NCBI GenBank assembly: GCA_951406725.2
Contig: OX597815.1
Location: 36,022,001-36,086,000 of the forward strand
Source of the DNA: Octopus vulgaris
Taxonomy: Eukaryota
Reading direction: 5' to 3'
Length of the DNA stretch: 64,000 nt
Shown here: positions 39,101 through 52,300 of the stretch, piece by piece
Layout: the number at the start of each line of letters is the position of its first letter
Numbering within the stretch: the stretch's first letter is position 1
Position numbers and translations under genes: made by a program
Notes under the pieces: generated by a model
Database searches by the model: none
What the model saw: only the letters and a program-made list of their open reading frames with translations
What the model was told of the DNA's origin: nothing

Positions 39101-42100
39101 ATGTCATAGAAAACCAATTGTGCTTCAGTTTGGGAAGGAAAGTTGTGAAGCCAGGGTAGCGTATATGATAGCACATGTGCCCAGTAAGCAAATTATTGTA
39201 TGTTACACAAATATATGTATGTAGATGTACACTAACGTGCATTACTACAGATCTCAACCTTTATATATTCAGACAAGAAAATATTATCCGTAAACAGAAA
39301 TCTTTAACTTAACACTAGCATTCTACAAGACAGTATATGTATTAAAAATTCAGACTAGACTGAAAATAATTTAATTACATATTGACAACCCAGACAAAAA
39401 TATTAAGTAGTGATGGTGGTGGTAGTGGTGGTGGTGGTGATGTGTACGAGTGCGTGCACCTGCACAAAAGTCTCAAGCATGCTATTGAACTCATGCATGT
39501 AAATTTGATATTTATGCATCAACCTAACCCAATGATTAAACTTTTAGAATTTCTCTGTGGTGTGCATTTATGGAGAATATAAACCTAACGTGTTTTATAG
39601 TATAAAGATGATAATAAAATAGCAGCAATCGATATAAAGCGGATTGTTAAAACAAACACATACACATATGTATATACACATAATAAATTCCAAAATTCTG
39701 TGAAGAAAAAATAACTATGGAAAAAAACAAAATTACATAGGACAACAAAAGAAACCAGCAGAGGGAAGGGAAGAAAGAAAATGTCATTTGGTGTTAAAAT
39801 AAAATTCAGCAATTGTTGAAGATAAATGATTTTATAATTATTATAAATAATAATAGTAATATAAATAAGATCTAGGAAAAGGCCATGAAGGAAAAAAATA
39901 ATTGATTTAAAGAACAGAACAAATCAGCAAAGCATACCATAAACATAACTTCTGTTCAAAACCAAAAAGAATTTTTAAAATGATAGTTGAACTATAAAGA
40001 AAGAAACGAAAATATATATATATATATCAGGAGAAAGAGAAAGCAAATAAAATTGTTGAATAATTAAAAAAAATTTTTTTTTTTAATAGAAAGAGGAGTT
40101 TGCAGCAGTTCAGCTCCCTAAGTAAGATAGGTTCCAAGTAAGAATGGAAGCAAAGTCAGAAGACTAATCCATGAAGTGAAGTAAATAGGTTTAGGTGTAA
40201 GATGAAACCAAGCCACAGACGGAATTGATCCACCAATAACAAGGAAGGCAAAATATTTCAGGATCTAAATGCTGTAGATGTCAAGAGATAAGATATGGTT
40301 AAACTGAAATGCTTACACTAAGTTTATATCACTTCCATCTAATCTAAGATAAATACAGTAATAGGTATTATCATACTGTTATGAGGATGCTAAAAAATAG
40401 TTTGAACATCTCTCTATATATAAACGGCAAAATGTCTGTCTGTGTGCGTGTCCTTTATACAAATCCACAATTTTTCAGTTAGAGGGCTCGCACTTTCTAT
40501 GGTCATTCAAAACCGTCCAAGGATGGTCGTGCACATCTTCACATTTCCCCAGTCACCCCACAAAGCCATTAAAAAATCAATAGAAGTGACTTTTTTGTGA
40601 ATTTTCTATCCAAAACCCAATCAAAATGCTCGAAACTTGATACGACAATTGAATGCCAGCTAGCTGTATGTGATTGGTCAGAGATTTGGACGGTACTCGC
40701 ATGTATGTGCGCACGCATGCAGCTGTATATGCATGCACTAGCACTATGACCCGGCGTTGCCAGGTGATAGTACTAGTAGGCGTGATAAAGCCAATATTTA
40801 TTCTAAAAATGACAAATATATGTTAATATTTACTTAATAGGCTAACTGGAGTGAAATTAGATAATAAATAAGTGAACAGTTTGTGTTTTGTCTTACTTAA
40901 CACAGTTTCTGCTAATTAGTATGAATATCAATCACACACATGCATACAGGCATACATACACATGTGCATGCATGTGCACGCACACACACAAAGATATGTG
41001 CATGCATGCACACACATTAAGTTGTTATTTGTAGTCAACTGTACATGAACTAATTCACAACATGGAAGTAACCAATCAAACATTTAGTGGTGACAGGTAT
41101 TCAGCAGACTTCTTGTGGTCAATTCTCCAGTCACTTAACCTATTTTACTACCATAAAGACATGATGAGCTGGTATAACTTTGGTAAAAGTCAAACTCAGA
41201 ATTATAAAACACCTTCTGCTAGAAAAGTTAGTACTAACATACTTAATGCATTGAATATTAAAAGGCTGCCAAGAAATAATCGTTGTAGCAAGGAAAATAA
41301 AACATTAATCAATTACTAATATAATCTTTAGTTTGCCGGCAAATAAGGGAGACAACTGTGCATGTATTTTCATCCCGTTAGTCATCAAAGCCTATATTCA
41401 TGGCCTAATTATCAATGGATAAATGTGTGTAAGTGAGACTGCATATGTAAGAGATGGTATAAATGATTACATATGTGATTGTGGGTGTATATGATTGTTA
41501 GTGTAATTGTGTGGGTGTGTATGAATGTAGAGATGCATGAGTGTGGAATATGTATTTGTATGCCTGTGCTAGTCACAGGACACAATTCTCCAATTAAACC
41601 TACTAAGTGTATAGCTGAAGAAAGTAACCAAGTATATAGTTTGGCTGAAAGTACATAAATGAATACAACATAATTACTAATATACAAAACATACAATGAG
41701 GACTGGTTTTGGACTTCACTTTTACTGACATTGGTAAAGAGACAAACATGATGCAGAACAGAAAGTGTTTTATGTTTGTTAACTATAAAACAGTGAAGAC
41801 TACTAGTTTGAGAAACATGGAAGCGTGTCTGTATCATGCAATAGAACATGTAATGACAATTTAGCAGAATTTAAGAGTAAACTAGGTGTGGATGGGGAAA
41901 TAATCATCATTTAATATCCATGTTCCACGCTGTCATGAGTTGGATGGGTTGAGAGGATCTGATGGGTCCAAGGACTATATCAAGCTCCAATATCTGCTTT
42001 GATGTAGTTTCCCTACTTAATGCCAACCACTTTACAGTGTGTACTGGGTCTTTTTTTTTTGTGTGCTACCAGCACTACTGAGGTTGCCATGCAGTGCACA

Positions 42101-45100
42101 GGACTCCAAACTCTAAGGGAGTAGGGTGACTGACTTTATGCTAGGGTATAAGAGGCTAAGTTATGAGAGATGAGGGCAGGTTCTTATAGTAGAGCTATAC
42201 AGTTACTCACATTTCGTATAGGAAGGAAGAGAATGAGTAGTAGGAACTACAAAGAGATAGATATCAGAGATGAGGAGGCTGGGTGGTGCCTCAAGGTCTG
42301 AGGTGAGTAGAAGTGGATGGTTAGGAGGCTTGCAAAATTGTATAGGGAACAAGAAATGAGGGCACAATTTTGGTGGAGAGGGCTAGTTGATAACATCAGC
42401 CCCAGTTGATAACCAATACTTTTTTATTCACCTTGAAAGGATGAAAGACGAAGTCGACTCCAGCAACATTTGAACTCAGAACATAATGCCAGAAGAAATG
42501 CTGCTAAACATTTTGATTGGTGTACTAATGATCCTACCAGCTTGTCACCTTACAATAATGATGTGCTACAGGGGTATAGTTGATTAATATCTATCTCAGT
42601 ACATGACTGGTACTTATTCTATCAACCTCTTAGAAGATGATGAGTAAAGTTGATACTAGTGAGATTTAAACTCAGAACACAACTAAATACCTCCAAGCAT
42701 TCTATCCAATGCTCAACCATTTCTACAACTTCAATAAGATCAATGATTTCTAACTGAAGTATAAGGGTACAAATTTACAAGGGGGTGTGTGTAGTCAATT
42801 AAACTGACTTAATATATGACTCGTATTCATTCTATCAATCCCAAAGGATGATATAGTTAAAAATAAATAAATAAAAATATTTTTAATGAAATTTGACATA
42901 ATCTGAACTCAAAATGTAAAAGGTTGTTACAAAATACTACAATTCTTTACCAATCCCACCAATCCATTTTGGTCTGATATCCTAGTATTTTTGCAATTCC
43001 ACTACCCCAAAAAATAATTTCTTACATTGGCAAAAGCCAGACTCTATCCCCACTCCCACCAGAGATAAAAGGGTTTAGTTAATTAAATCAACTCCAATAT
43101 TTGACTCAGCAGGTCTTCTCAAGCATATCATATCACCTGATGCTTCAAAGGTACTGGCATCGGCCATGGCTGCAATCTCACTTTACTTGCAGGGTCTTCT
43201 CAATTACAGCCTATCTCCAAAGTTCTCAGGCACAAGGTTAGTAATTCTGAGAAGATGAGGATAATTACATGGATCCCTTAACCCTTTAGTATTTAAACCG
43301 GCCATATCCGGCCAAAATAGTTAATCTGTTTTATGTTCAAACTGACCAGATCCAGGCCCTCGCACCTACCCTACAATGTTATTCTACATTAAGTAATTAC
43401 ACCATCAAGATCTTGAAGATATGAGATAATTCATGATTAATTCAAATCAATGTGAATCAATAAGCATTATGTTTGATTGAATAATCTGAACACTAAAGGG
43501 TTAATAGTCACAATAACATCAGCAGAAGGTCCATACTAGAAATCATCAGTGGGAACAATTAGACTGAGCCCCAGTATTTGACAAGTACTTTATCTGACCC
43601 CCAAAAAAGATGAAAGGAAAAGTTGATCTCAACAGGATTTGAACTCAGAATCTAAAAAGCTGTAAGTAAATAATACAAGGCATGGCATCTGATCCTCTAA
43701 TGATTCTCCCAGTCTAAATAATAACTGAACAGTTGTTGATATAAAATATCTTACATTCACCCTTAAAAATTTTATCAATGGAATAAACAGAATAATATAA
43801 GTTTGTACTATAATATATACTGTTTCTAAGTAATCAGGGCAGATGTCTGAGAACATGTTTAATATGGGTGTAGTAGATATGTCAACATGAAATTTCTTTG
43901 ACACTGAGCCAAACAAAATTCTACCTTAATTTTCATGATACTACATTACACATCTTCCTTATATCTTGATACCTACACAAACATCTAAATGCATTACCAA
44001 CATTCTAGAACAATGACTGCAGCACTATCTTGGAAAGAAACAACTATATTAGCTATTCTCGTCAAACAAAAATCTCTTTCCAAACTATATGCAAGATGGA
44101 ATGTCACATTAGACTAAAATTCTGAACTGCATTAACAATCATCTCCAAGAAGTCATAACTATCACACACTGAACCACAACAAGGATCTTCTGTATATGAA
44201 CTATGAAGTAGTTTTTATGAATTGGGTAAATATAGCAACTGAATATCTCTCAACAAACTCCTTGTTTTAAAAATAGAGTTCATGCTTTAAGTTCTAAATC
44301 TTGGGACAAGACACAATAGAGACAGAATGGGAATATCTAAAAAACACACAGTGAATATTTTGTTCCATCTAATACACCTATGTTAAATGCTTGCTTAAGC
44401 AAAACTGACTTATTTAACAGTGACAAAAAAAGAAAATGAACAAATTGCCTAATTGACACATGTACTCAATTATATGACATACTTTACAGTTAGGTCTCAC
44501 ATTGAACTGAAATATGCCATATCTTAGGTGATGTGGATTGCTTCTCAACAGTTTAATTTATCACAGGTCAGAAAAATAGAAGGAATGATAGTGGTTAATT
44601 GTCAAGAAAAGAGAGGAGCAATGCATAAGCATTACAGTTGTGAATGAATGGATACAGGCATAAGGCTGTGAAATTATAAACGTGTAGTTGTGTAAGCACA
44701 ATTATACACACACACATACACACATGTATAACACACAAATACAAATGTATGTGTACATATGTATGCCAAGATAGGTTGGAAGAGACAACTTAAAGTTAAA
44801 ATAACTGTAATTTATAGGCAATCACAAGTTTCACTGAGATAATTTTCACATGAGAAAAGATAGGTAGGATAGTACACAATAAGGTAGTCAAAGAGACCCC
44901 TTAATGTGAGATATGAAATATTTGCATTGCAAAATCTTGTTCAACAATTAAAAACTGTTTTTTCCCAGCTCAACCCAAAATAAATCAGCATATCATTTGT
45001 GACACCTGATAAAAGTGAAGGTGCTTTTAGAAAGCAATAAAATGTATAGATATGATGAATAAGAAAAAAAATAACAGTTAAAGAAATTCCAATTTTCATG

Positions 45101-48100
45101 TATGAACTAACATCAAAAATAGTATATCTATATAATGGAAAATATAAGCAAGCAGAGACATTGTGAAAGCTTTAAAAAGAATAAATTTAGAAAAAATGAA
45201 TAAGTAAATAAATGAAAGTGCTTCAGGTTTCGTACCTTTTGCTTACAAGTTACCTGAAAATGACAATGTGCAAGACCTCGTTATCATAGAACATCAAGTA
45301 TACAGTCTAATAATACGAAGTAAATGAACAGGTATTGTACAAATGTTTATCTAAAATTTAATCCATGTCATCAATGGCTGTAAAAAAAATTAACATACTG
45401 TATTATTCCTAAGAATATTGATTTCTTTAGCATAGAAAAATCAGAGTGAGGATTCAACAAGATTAGTTTCTAATAATACAGCTTTTTGATAACTAATTTA
45501 TAAAAAACAGTTTCTTAGATGAATTATTTCAAAACCACAATATGAATAATGTATATGAATTACCTGAGTGAGAATAGGTATCTTTCTATTTTAATAACAA
45601 TAATTTGAAGCCTTAATGAATTAGTTTCAATTTTCACTAATACCAGTTAACAACAGGAATTACTAAACAGTCTCAATCTTAACCATTTAGTGACAGTTAT
45701 GAGGAAAGAATGCACAGTAAGATGTCACAAAATATGGAGTGGACTGTTGATAGCAACTTGGAAATCTCAAATCTCCTCAAACTTTAAAAAGAAACCAAAG
45801 ATCTTTCAAGTAATTGAGGCAATGTTTTTTTTTCCCCCTTAAATCAGTAACTGATAAACAGAACAGTATTTACATGCTATGGCTGTTTCATGATTGTCAG
45901 TTCAGTTTTACAAACATCACTAACTAAACTAGCTCTTATGCAGATCCAAATACGGTTTCTAAAACAAATAATTTTGAAAGTTGTTTATTGCAGGTTCTTA
46001 TAATACAGATGTTATTTAACTCTGATCACACAAACCTACAATCAAATATGTTCCAACTATATTAATGCCAGCCTTCGTTCATATATAGTGTATCCAGTGT
46101 GACCTGTGCTTTTTAAGCATGTAAAGAGTGATTAGAAGATTTAATCTTTGTTTATAATAAGCTACAGTCTGCAGAGAGGCTCCTTTATAGGCTTATGTAA
46201 AGGAAAAAAATACCAACAGTGGAAAGTTAAAGCCAGCTATAGTGAATGGTCTTGAAATGGTTAAACAAGACAAAAGACAATGAAGCTATAGTCTACAATG
46301 TTGATTATCTGTATCTTGTATCATGCGCAGTAACTTCTCAGATCAAACTAAGTCCAGATCCAGAAACCAAATATCACTGATGCAAGAAATTTAGAGATCT
46401 AACACATGTAGCATTTAGAGATATTTAAACCCATTAAGGCAACGAAATAAGAAGAATGCAGTCACTTTACAAGTTTTGTTTCTTAAGGTAACATATATAA
46501 TACCTCCCTACTGAGATTAGGTAGATGTCAGCAGAATTTTTATTGAAATCTTTGTTAGCAACATTAAACACACTCTTTTAGTATGGATATGAATTAAAAA
46601 AGAAGCTTACCTGCATCTGAAGCAATTTCTTAATAACAACAACACTTTCAGCAACAACAGCTTCTGCAACACAACATAAGCCACAAGTTTTAATTAAACT
46701 AGAGAAACTGCATCAACCAAAACATCATTGGGAAAAAGTGTTAAAATAACAGACATCTCTTCCCTTGTGATAGTAAAAAGAAAAAGTCATGAAGGTGCTA
46801 ACTATAAGAGGCTTTTGGATAAGCAATGTAAATGAGCAGTTTTCATAATTAGGTGATATTTCCTTGCCTACATTAAAACACTCATGAAAGGACAACAAAT
46901 TGTATCTCACTTAGAAATTCATTTACAACTATGTGGTTTGGCTTATTAAGAATTTAGTATCCTTTCTAGAAACACCATATATTTCTCTTGTTAAAATATG
47001 AAATGAAGGCCTAGAAATAGCAACCAGCATACCAACACATACAACTAACTTGACCAACTGCAACATAAAATATGGTGTTAAATCATTTATTTTACAATGA
47101 AAAAATCTTGGAAAAAGGCTATTTACCATCTCTATTTGACATAAGGTGGACCAATCCATTGAGACAAGCATCTGTGATCTCAGCAATATTGCTAGCACAA
47201 CGACCAATTGCCTGAATTGTGGCTGCAGCAAATGCTTTGTCTGCACTGGTTACATAGGTCTACAAATATAAAATTAGACAATTTAACATTTAAATTCAGG
47301 AGTTTTATAAAAGTTCTACCAATTTGGATTTTCAGTTGGATATTTTTTAATCTTTGATGCTGTAGCTGTATCTTCTGTCCTACCTCTACTGCTACCACTG
47401 CACCATATCTCACTACTTTCTTTAATCAGAACTGCATGCATGTAGAACATACTTTCTCTTCCTGGTTAGCATTCACCTGCTAAACTGAAAGAGGTCAAAC
47501 TAAATATTGGCTTCATTAACCCAATCCATTTATTCCTATCCTTTATTCTACAAAGAACTGAAAAGAGATATGAAAATGACCCATCTTCTTCAAATTCTTT
47601 CAATTATCAATTTTATATCAAAAGTTGAAAATTTAAATTTGATTTCTTTCAAATATTGACTGCTAAACTTTGATATACAACTAACACCTATATTTCAGTT
47701 ATAGCTAAGTTTGAATTTTTGTTCTTTCTATATCTAGAACCTTACAACTATTGTACCTTTATAATAGATTAACAATATCATGTTACCAGATGTGGCAAAA
47801 TGATGGCTGAGTTTGTGAGAGAAGTGTCCGTGGATGGACAATTCTTCAAATACCAAAATTTCTACATACAGATTGGCACTGAGTCACCAGTAAGGCATAT
47901 TGAGATTAAAAATTTATTAAAACACCATCATCTACTTTGAGGTAGTTACCTGGGTCAGATATATAATATAATGATATATATATCATGTGATATACCCATC
48001 TGAATACATAGGAAAATGACTACTCTGTTTTGAGACCAAACAGTATCTGCATTCTTTGTTGCTAAGAGAAGATATTCCTAAGGTACAGAAAAACACACCA

Positions 48101-49320
48101 TACTTTTTCCTCAGTTGGCACAATCCATAAATTTATTACATAAAACCTCAATTAGAATTTAATGTTTTAATTTACTCTTCATTTAGAACATGATATAAAT
48201 AAAATAATCAGATGTTATCAATACCAATGTAATAAAAATTATTTCCATCTGTGAAATGGAAATAATCTACTTGTGGAAATTTTTTTTATGCCCATCAGTT
48301 TATTTGATTTAGCAAATGCCTGCTGAAGTTATGATTAATAATTGTTTAAGATATGAATACAGCTCTTAACTATATAAGAAGGCTTTCAGTTTACTAAGTA
48401 CTTTAACCTTTTCGTTACCAACCCGGCTGAAACCGGCTCTGGCTCTGAGTACAAATGGCTTGTTTTCATTAGTTTTGAATTAAAATCTTCCAACAAACCT
48501 TAGTCACAATTTATGTTCCTAACACTGGCTGAATGATAATTTTAGTTATTTTACTAAATTTTTTTGTTATATTTTAAGTAATTGAAAAAAACAGAGAGCA
48601 TCTCAAAATAAATACAGTAACAAAAGGGTTAAAGCCATTTTACATTTAAAAAATTCATAGAAGTTTAGTGTTTTACTAAAAACAAAACTATAGAAGTTTT
48701 TACAGTTATGCAAAATAATTTTCAAAGAAATAGAAAAAAAAAACAGCAGTAACTTTACCTGAAACTCTCGAAGAATAGTGGATATGTTTGTCTCTGTGGC
48801 AAGACTAGTCAAGATTTCTAGCTGCAAAAATATTTACAACCAAAATTATATATGTATGTGTACACACACATACTAATACATATGTATATATATTTAAATG
48901 CATATGTTTGTGTGTGTGTGTACAAAAATTACAAACAGAAATCTGAAATATAAAATTAAAATAAGAAAATACCAAATTTTGATAGTCTTAAAAAGGTTAT
49001 ATTTAAAATGTGTGTATGTGAGGAATATGGTTTTTATAAGTTAACATTTCTAACTCAAAACTGTCAAAATTTATGAGCCATTCATTATTAAGAAATATTA
49101 ACACACAGAATGCTATATGATTCTTTCATCTTAAAATGTCAGAAAAACAAAATGACATGTTGAAATCAAAAATATATCTTGCTGGAATTTTCTATACTCC
49201 TACCTCTTGAAATGTCAAAAAGATTCTTCATATTAAAATAGCTAAAGTATTATCTTTGATTTAACACTAAAGTTAAGCTTCACACATACTAATACATATG
49301 TATATATATTTAAATGCATA

Positions 49321-49369
<49 letters not shown>

Positions 49370-52300
49370 GGTCAACATGTTTTTGACAGGGACATTTCTC
49401 CAATAAACATGTTGATCCAACTGACACTGGAAGTCCTATCACAATTACCAGGTTTAAAGGACCTATTTCCTACTGGGAGTGACAGGAGGCAAAATTTCAA
49501 CTCAGAACACAAAGAGTGAGAACAGGTAACACAAAGCATCTTGTCCGACACTCTAACAATTTTAACAATCCAACAATTTTAACAATCTAACAATTTTAAC
49601 AATTTAATACCCTGAATTGATACTTTATTGACCCTAAAAATATGAAAGACAAAATTGACTTATGTGGGATTGAGATTTGAACTTAAGCCAAAGCAAATAC
49701 CACAAGCTTTGTATCCAATGTTCAACATCCATTTTTTCCATGGTAGCAAGAGTGAAATCTTTCTTCAAGTAGCAGTTTTTAGAGCCTTTCTTTCTATTAA
49801 ACAGTCAACAATGAAGTGAGAAGACTGATTGTCAGGCAAACAAGTAAAATTATATGTTTCATTAATATAATGGCTACACAAAGTTCGAATTCCTAACAAT
49901 ATAATCAATATAATCAAACTTTAACTGTGATTTCATAGCTATATATCATATATGCTATCAGTTACCCATAAGAAACTGATCATAATTTCTAAAAACAAAA
50001 ATAAACTTAAGTGAATAGATATTAAGTTCTTGTCTTACCTTTAATAATTTAACGTGCGTTGGGTCATTTGAACGCACATAGAAACTTTTTAGATAGGGCT
50101 CAAACATTCCCTGTTGGATAAATATAGACAATAAATTTTTTTTAAATATCATAAATAACATTTTGAATTCTGGGTTTTTAATTATCTTTGTTTTAGAAAT
50201 ATTTGTTATATTTATTTTCTTATGTAGTCACTTTATTCTTCAAAACCACAAAATACAAGTTTCCTCTGAAAGTTCAAGGCCATTTTTAACATCTGCGCAA
50301 TAAAAATGGGGAAACTTTTTGTCAGCTTATGTGCCTTGCTGAGTGACAAAACACACTGGTTAGCTAAAGTAAGATTTGAATTATGAACCTTGTATTTAGC
50401 AATCCTGCATGTTAAACCCCACAGACCCTATAACAGGAAATAATTCCCTAATAAACAGAAGAATTCCCTAATAGTAACTATCTGTAGTTTAATCCACTTA
50501 CATAATCTACAAAATTCATAATAAATAGTGATTTCCTTTAAGTACAAGCAATATTTCCAAGATTTAATTTACAGATAGTTCACCTTATTTTACAATGTTA
50601 TTTACTGTTATTTACTCTAAATTCAATGTTTAAAGAGAAAATTGTTAAGTGAAATAACTCTAATATTTTAACCTGGCACTTTCCCATTTATGCCAATAAA
50701 ACATTTTTTTTATTTATTAGGTTAAATTTAAGAAACACAAACTTAATATCTAGAGACCAGTGCTGAGGGGTTTTTTTTAAGTATGCATTATTTAATTTTT
50801 ATTAAGTATTTGTTATAACTCAAAATTACATCAAAATCTGTGATTAGCAGTAGTAACATCACAGACAAGACCAACTAATTGAATACAGCACTAATGATGA
50901 TGTGAAACAGGAGAGTGGATGAAGACTACACCTAATACAGACAAACACTGCAAGATGTTTGTCCAGTGCAATCCCAGACCAAATTGAAGCAAACTGAAAT
51001 GGTATGGATCTTTGGATTGTCACTGCACATTCATTCAATTTTTAGTCCTATACCATTAGTGTACTCAAAGAGATATCTACTAACAATTACTTCATATTAT
51101 TAGGCATCAGTTGCAAGTGATAATGTTACAAATATAACCTAGTGGTTTAGACAACAAAGAAATCCATTTTCTTTATGAACTGTAAAAATATTCAATATTT
51201 GATTTAATGTTTAAGAGAAAAATTAGTGATATTTTTATCAATGTGAATGGAAGAAGAAAATAATATTCTGTTAATTTTTTACCTTTCTGTATATGGTCAT
51301 TGTGGCAATGTTGCTTAGCACCACATACTGTACCTCTCTGAAAGTAGAAACATAAAAATGATAAATCAAAGGGATCAGTAATCAAAGAGAATGGCAAAAA
51401 GATATCACTAACTTTACAAGTGTTTATTTTTGCTGTGTTTCCTCTCCAGAGACTTCTACTTGGTCAATAAAGAACAATTTTCAACAAACAAGACACAGAT
51501 GATGTGAGATTAAAACACTACAAAATGAAATACAAATTTAAACTCTGCCATTAGTAGTGTTGTTATTTAGTGCCAGGCTGGCTATGACTGAACATGTTAT
51601 ATCCGTCTTATTATTCAGTTGTTGTCTATCTTGGACTATGTTTACTAATAATAATAATAATAATAATAATAATTGTGTACAGTGCTCAGGTGCACTACAA
51701 CTCATCTAAAGTGTATATATAATCAGGTGAAGTTTCGGCGGATTTCGGAAAGCATGAGGGCCTTAAAAGATGCAGTGTCATGGCAGTCAACAACTGACGC
51801 AGGCAGTTTATTCCATGCTTCAGCAACTCTGAGCGTGAAAAAATGTTTCCGAAAGTCATGGGAGCTGTATTGTTTTCTGACTTTGTAGGCATGTCCACGT
51901 GTGTTAGACACATGGAGATCAAAAAGGTGTTCAGTGTTGTTGTTGGTGAGGTGGTTGATAACTTTGTGGGTGTTTACCAAGTCCGTCGCCAAACGCCGGA
52001 GCTTCAGTGAATCCATGCCCAGGGAAACAAGGCGCTCAGAATATGGTAGGTGTCTGATGGAGGGTATGCGTTTGGTTGCACGTCTCTGGACAGATTCCAG
52101 GAGGTCAATGTTCTGTGCAAGATAGGGGTTCCAAACTGATGATGCGAATTCCAAGTGTGGTCGTACGATAGCTGTATACAGCTTTAAATAGATGGCTGGA
52201 GAGCGGCTAACAAAAGTCTTGCTGAGTGATGCCAAGACACCCTCGGCCTTCCTGACAATCTTAGAGATATGCTTTGACCAACGCAAATCACTGCTGACAG

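Noticed and set aside
41412-41849. 145-aa minus-strand ORF as a nested gene
   Set aside because: Low-complexity H/I/T composition and no recognisable domain; only sub-segments are kept as splice candidates.
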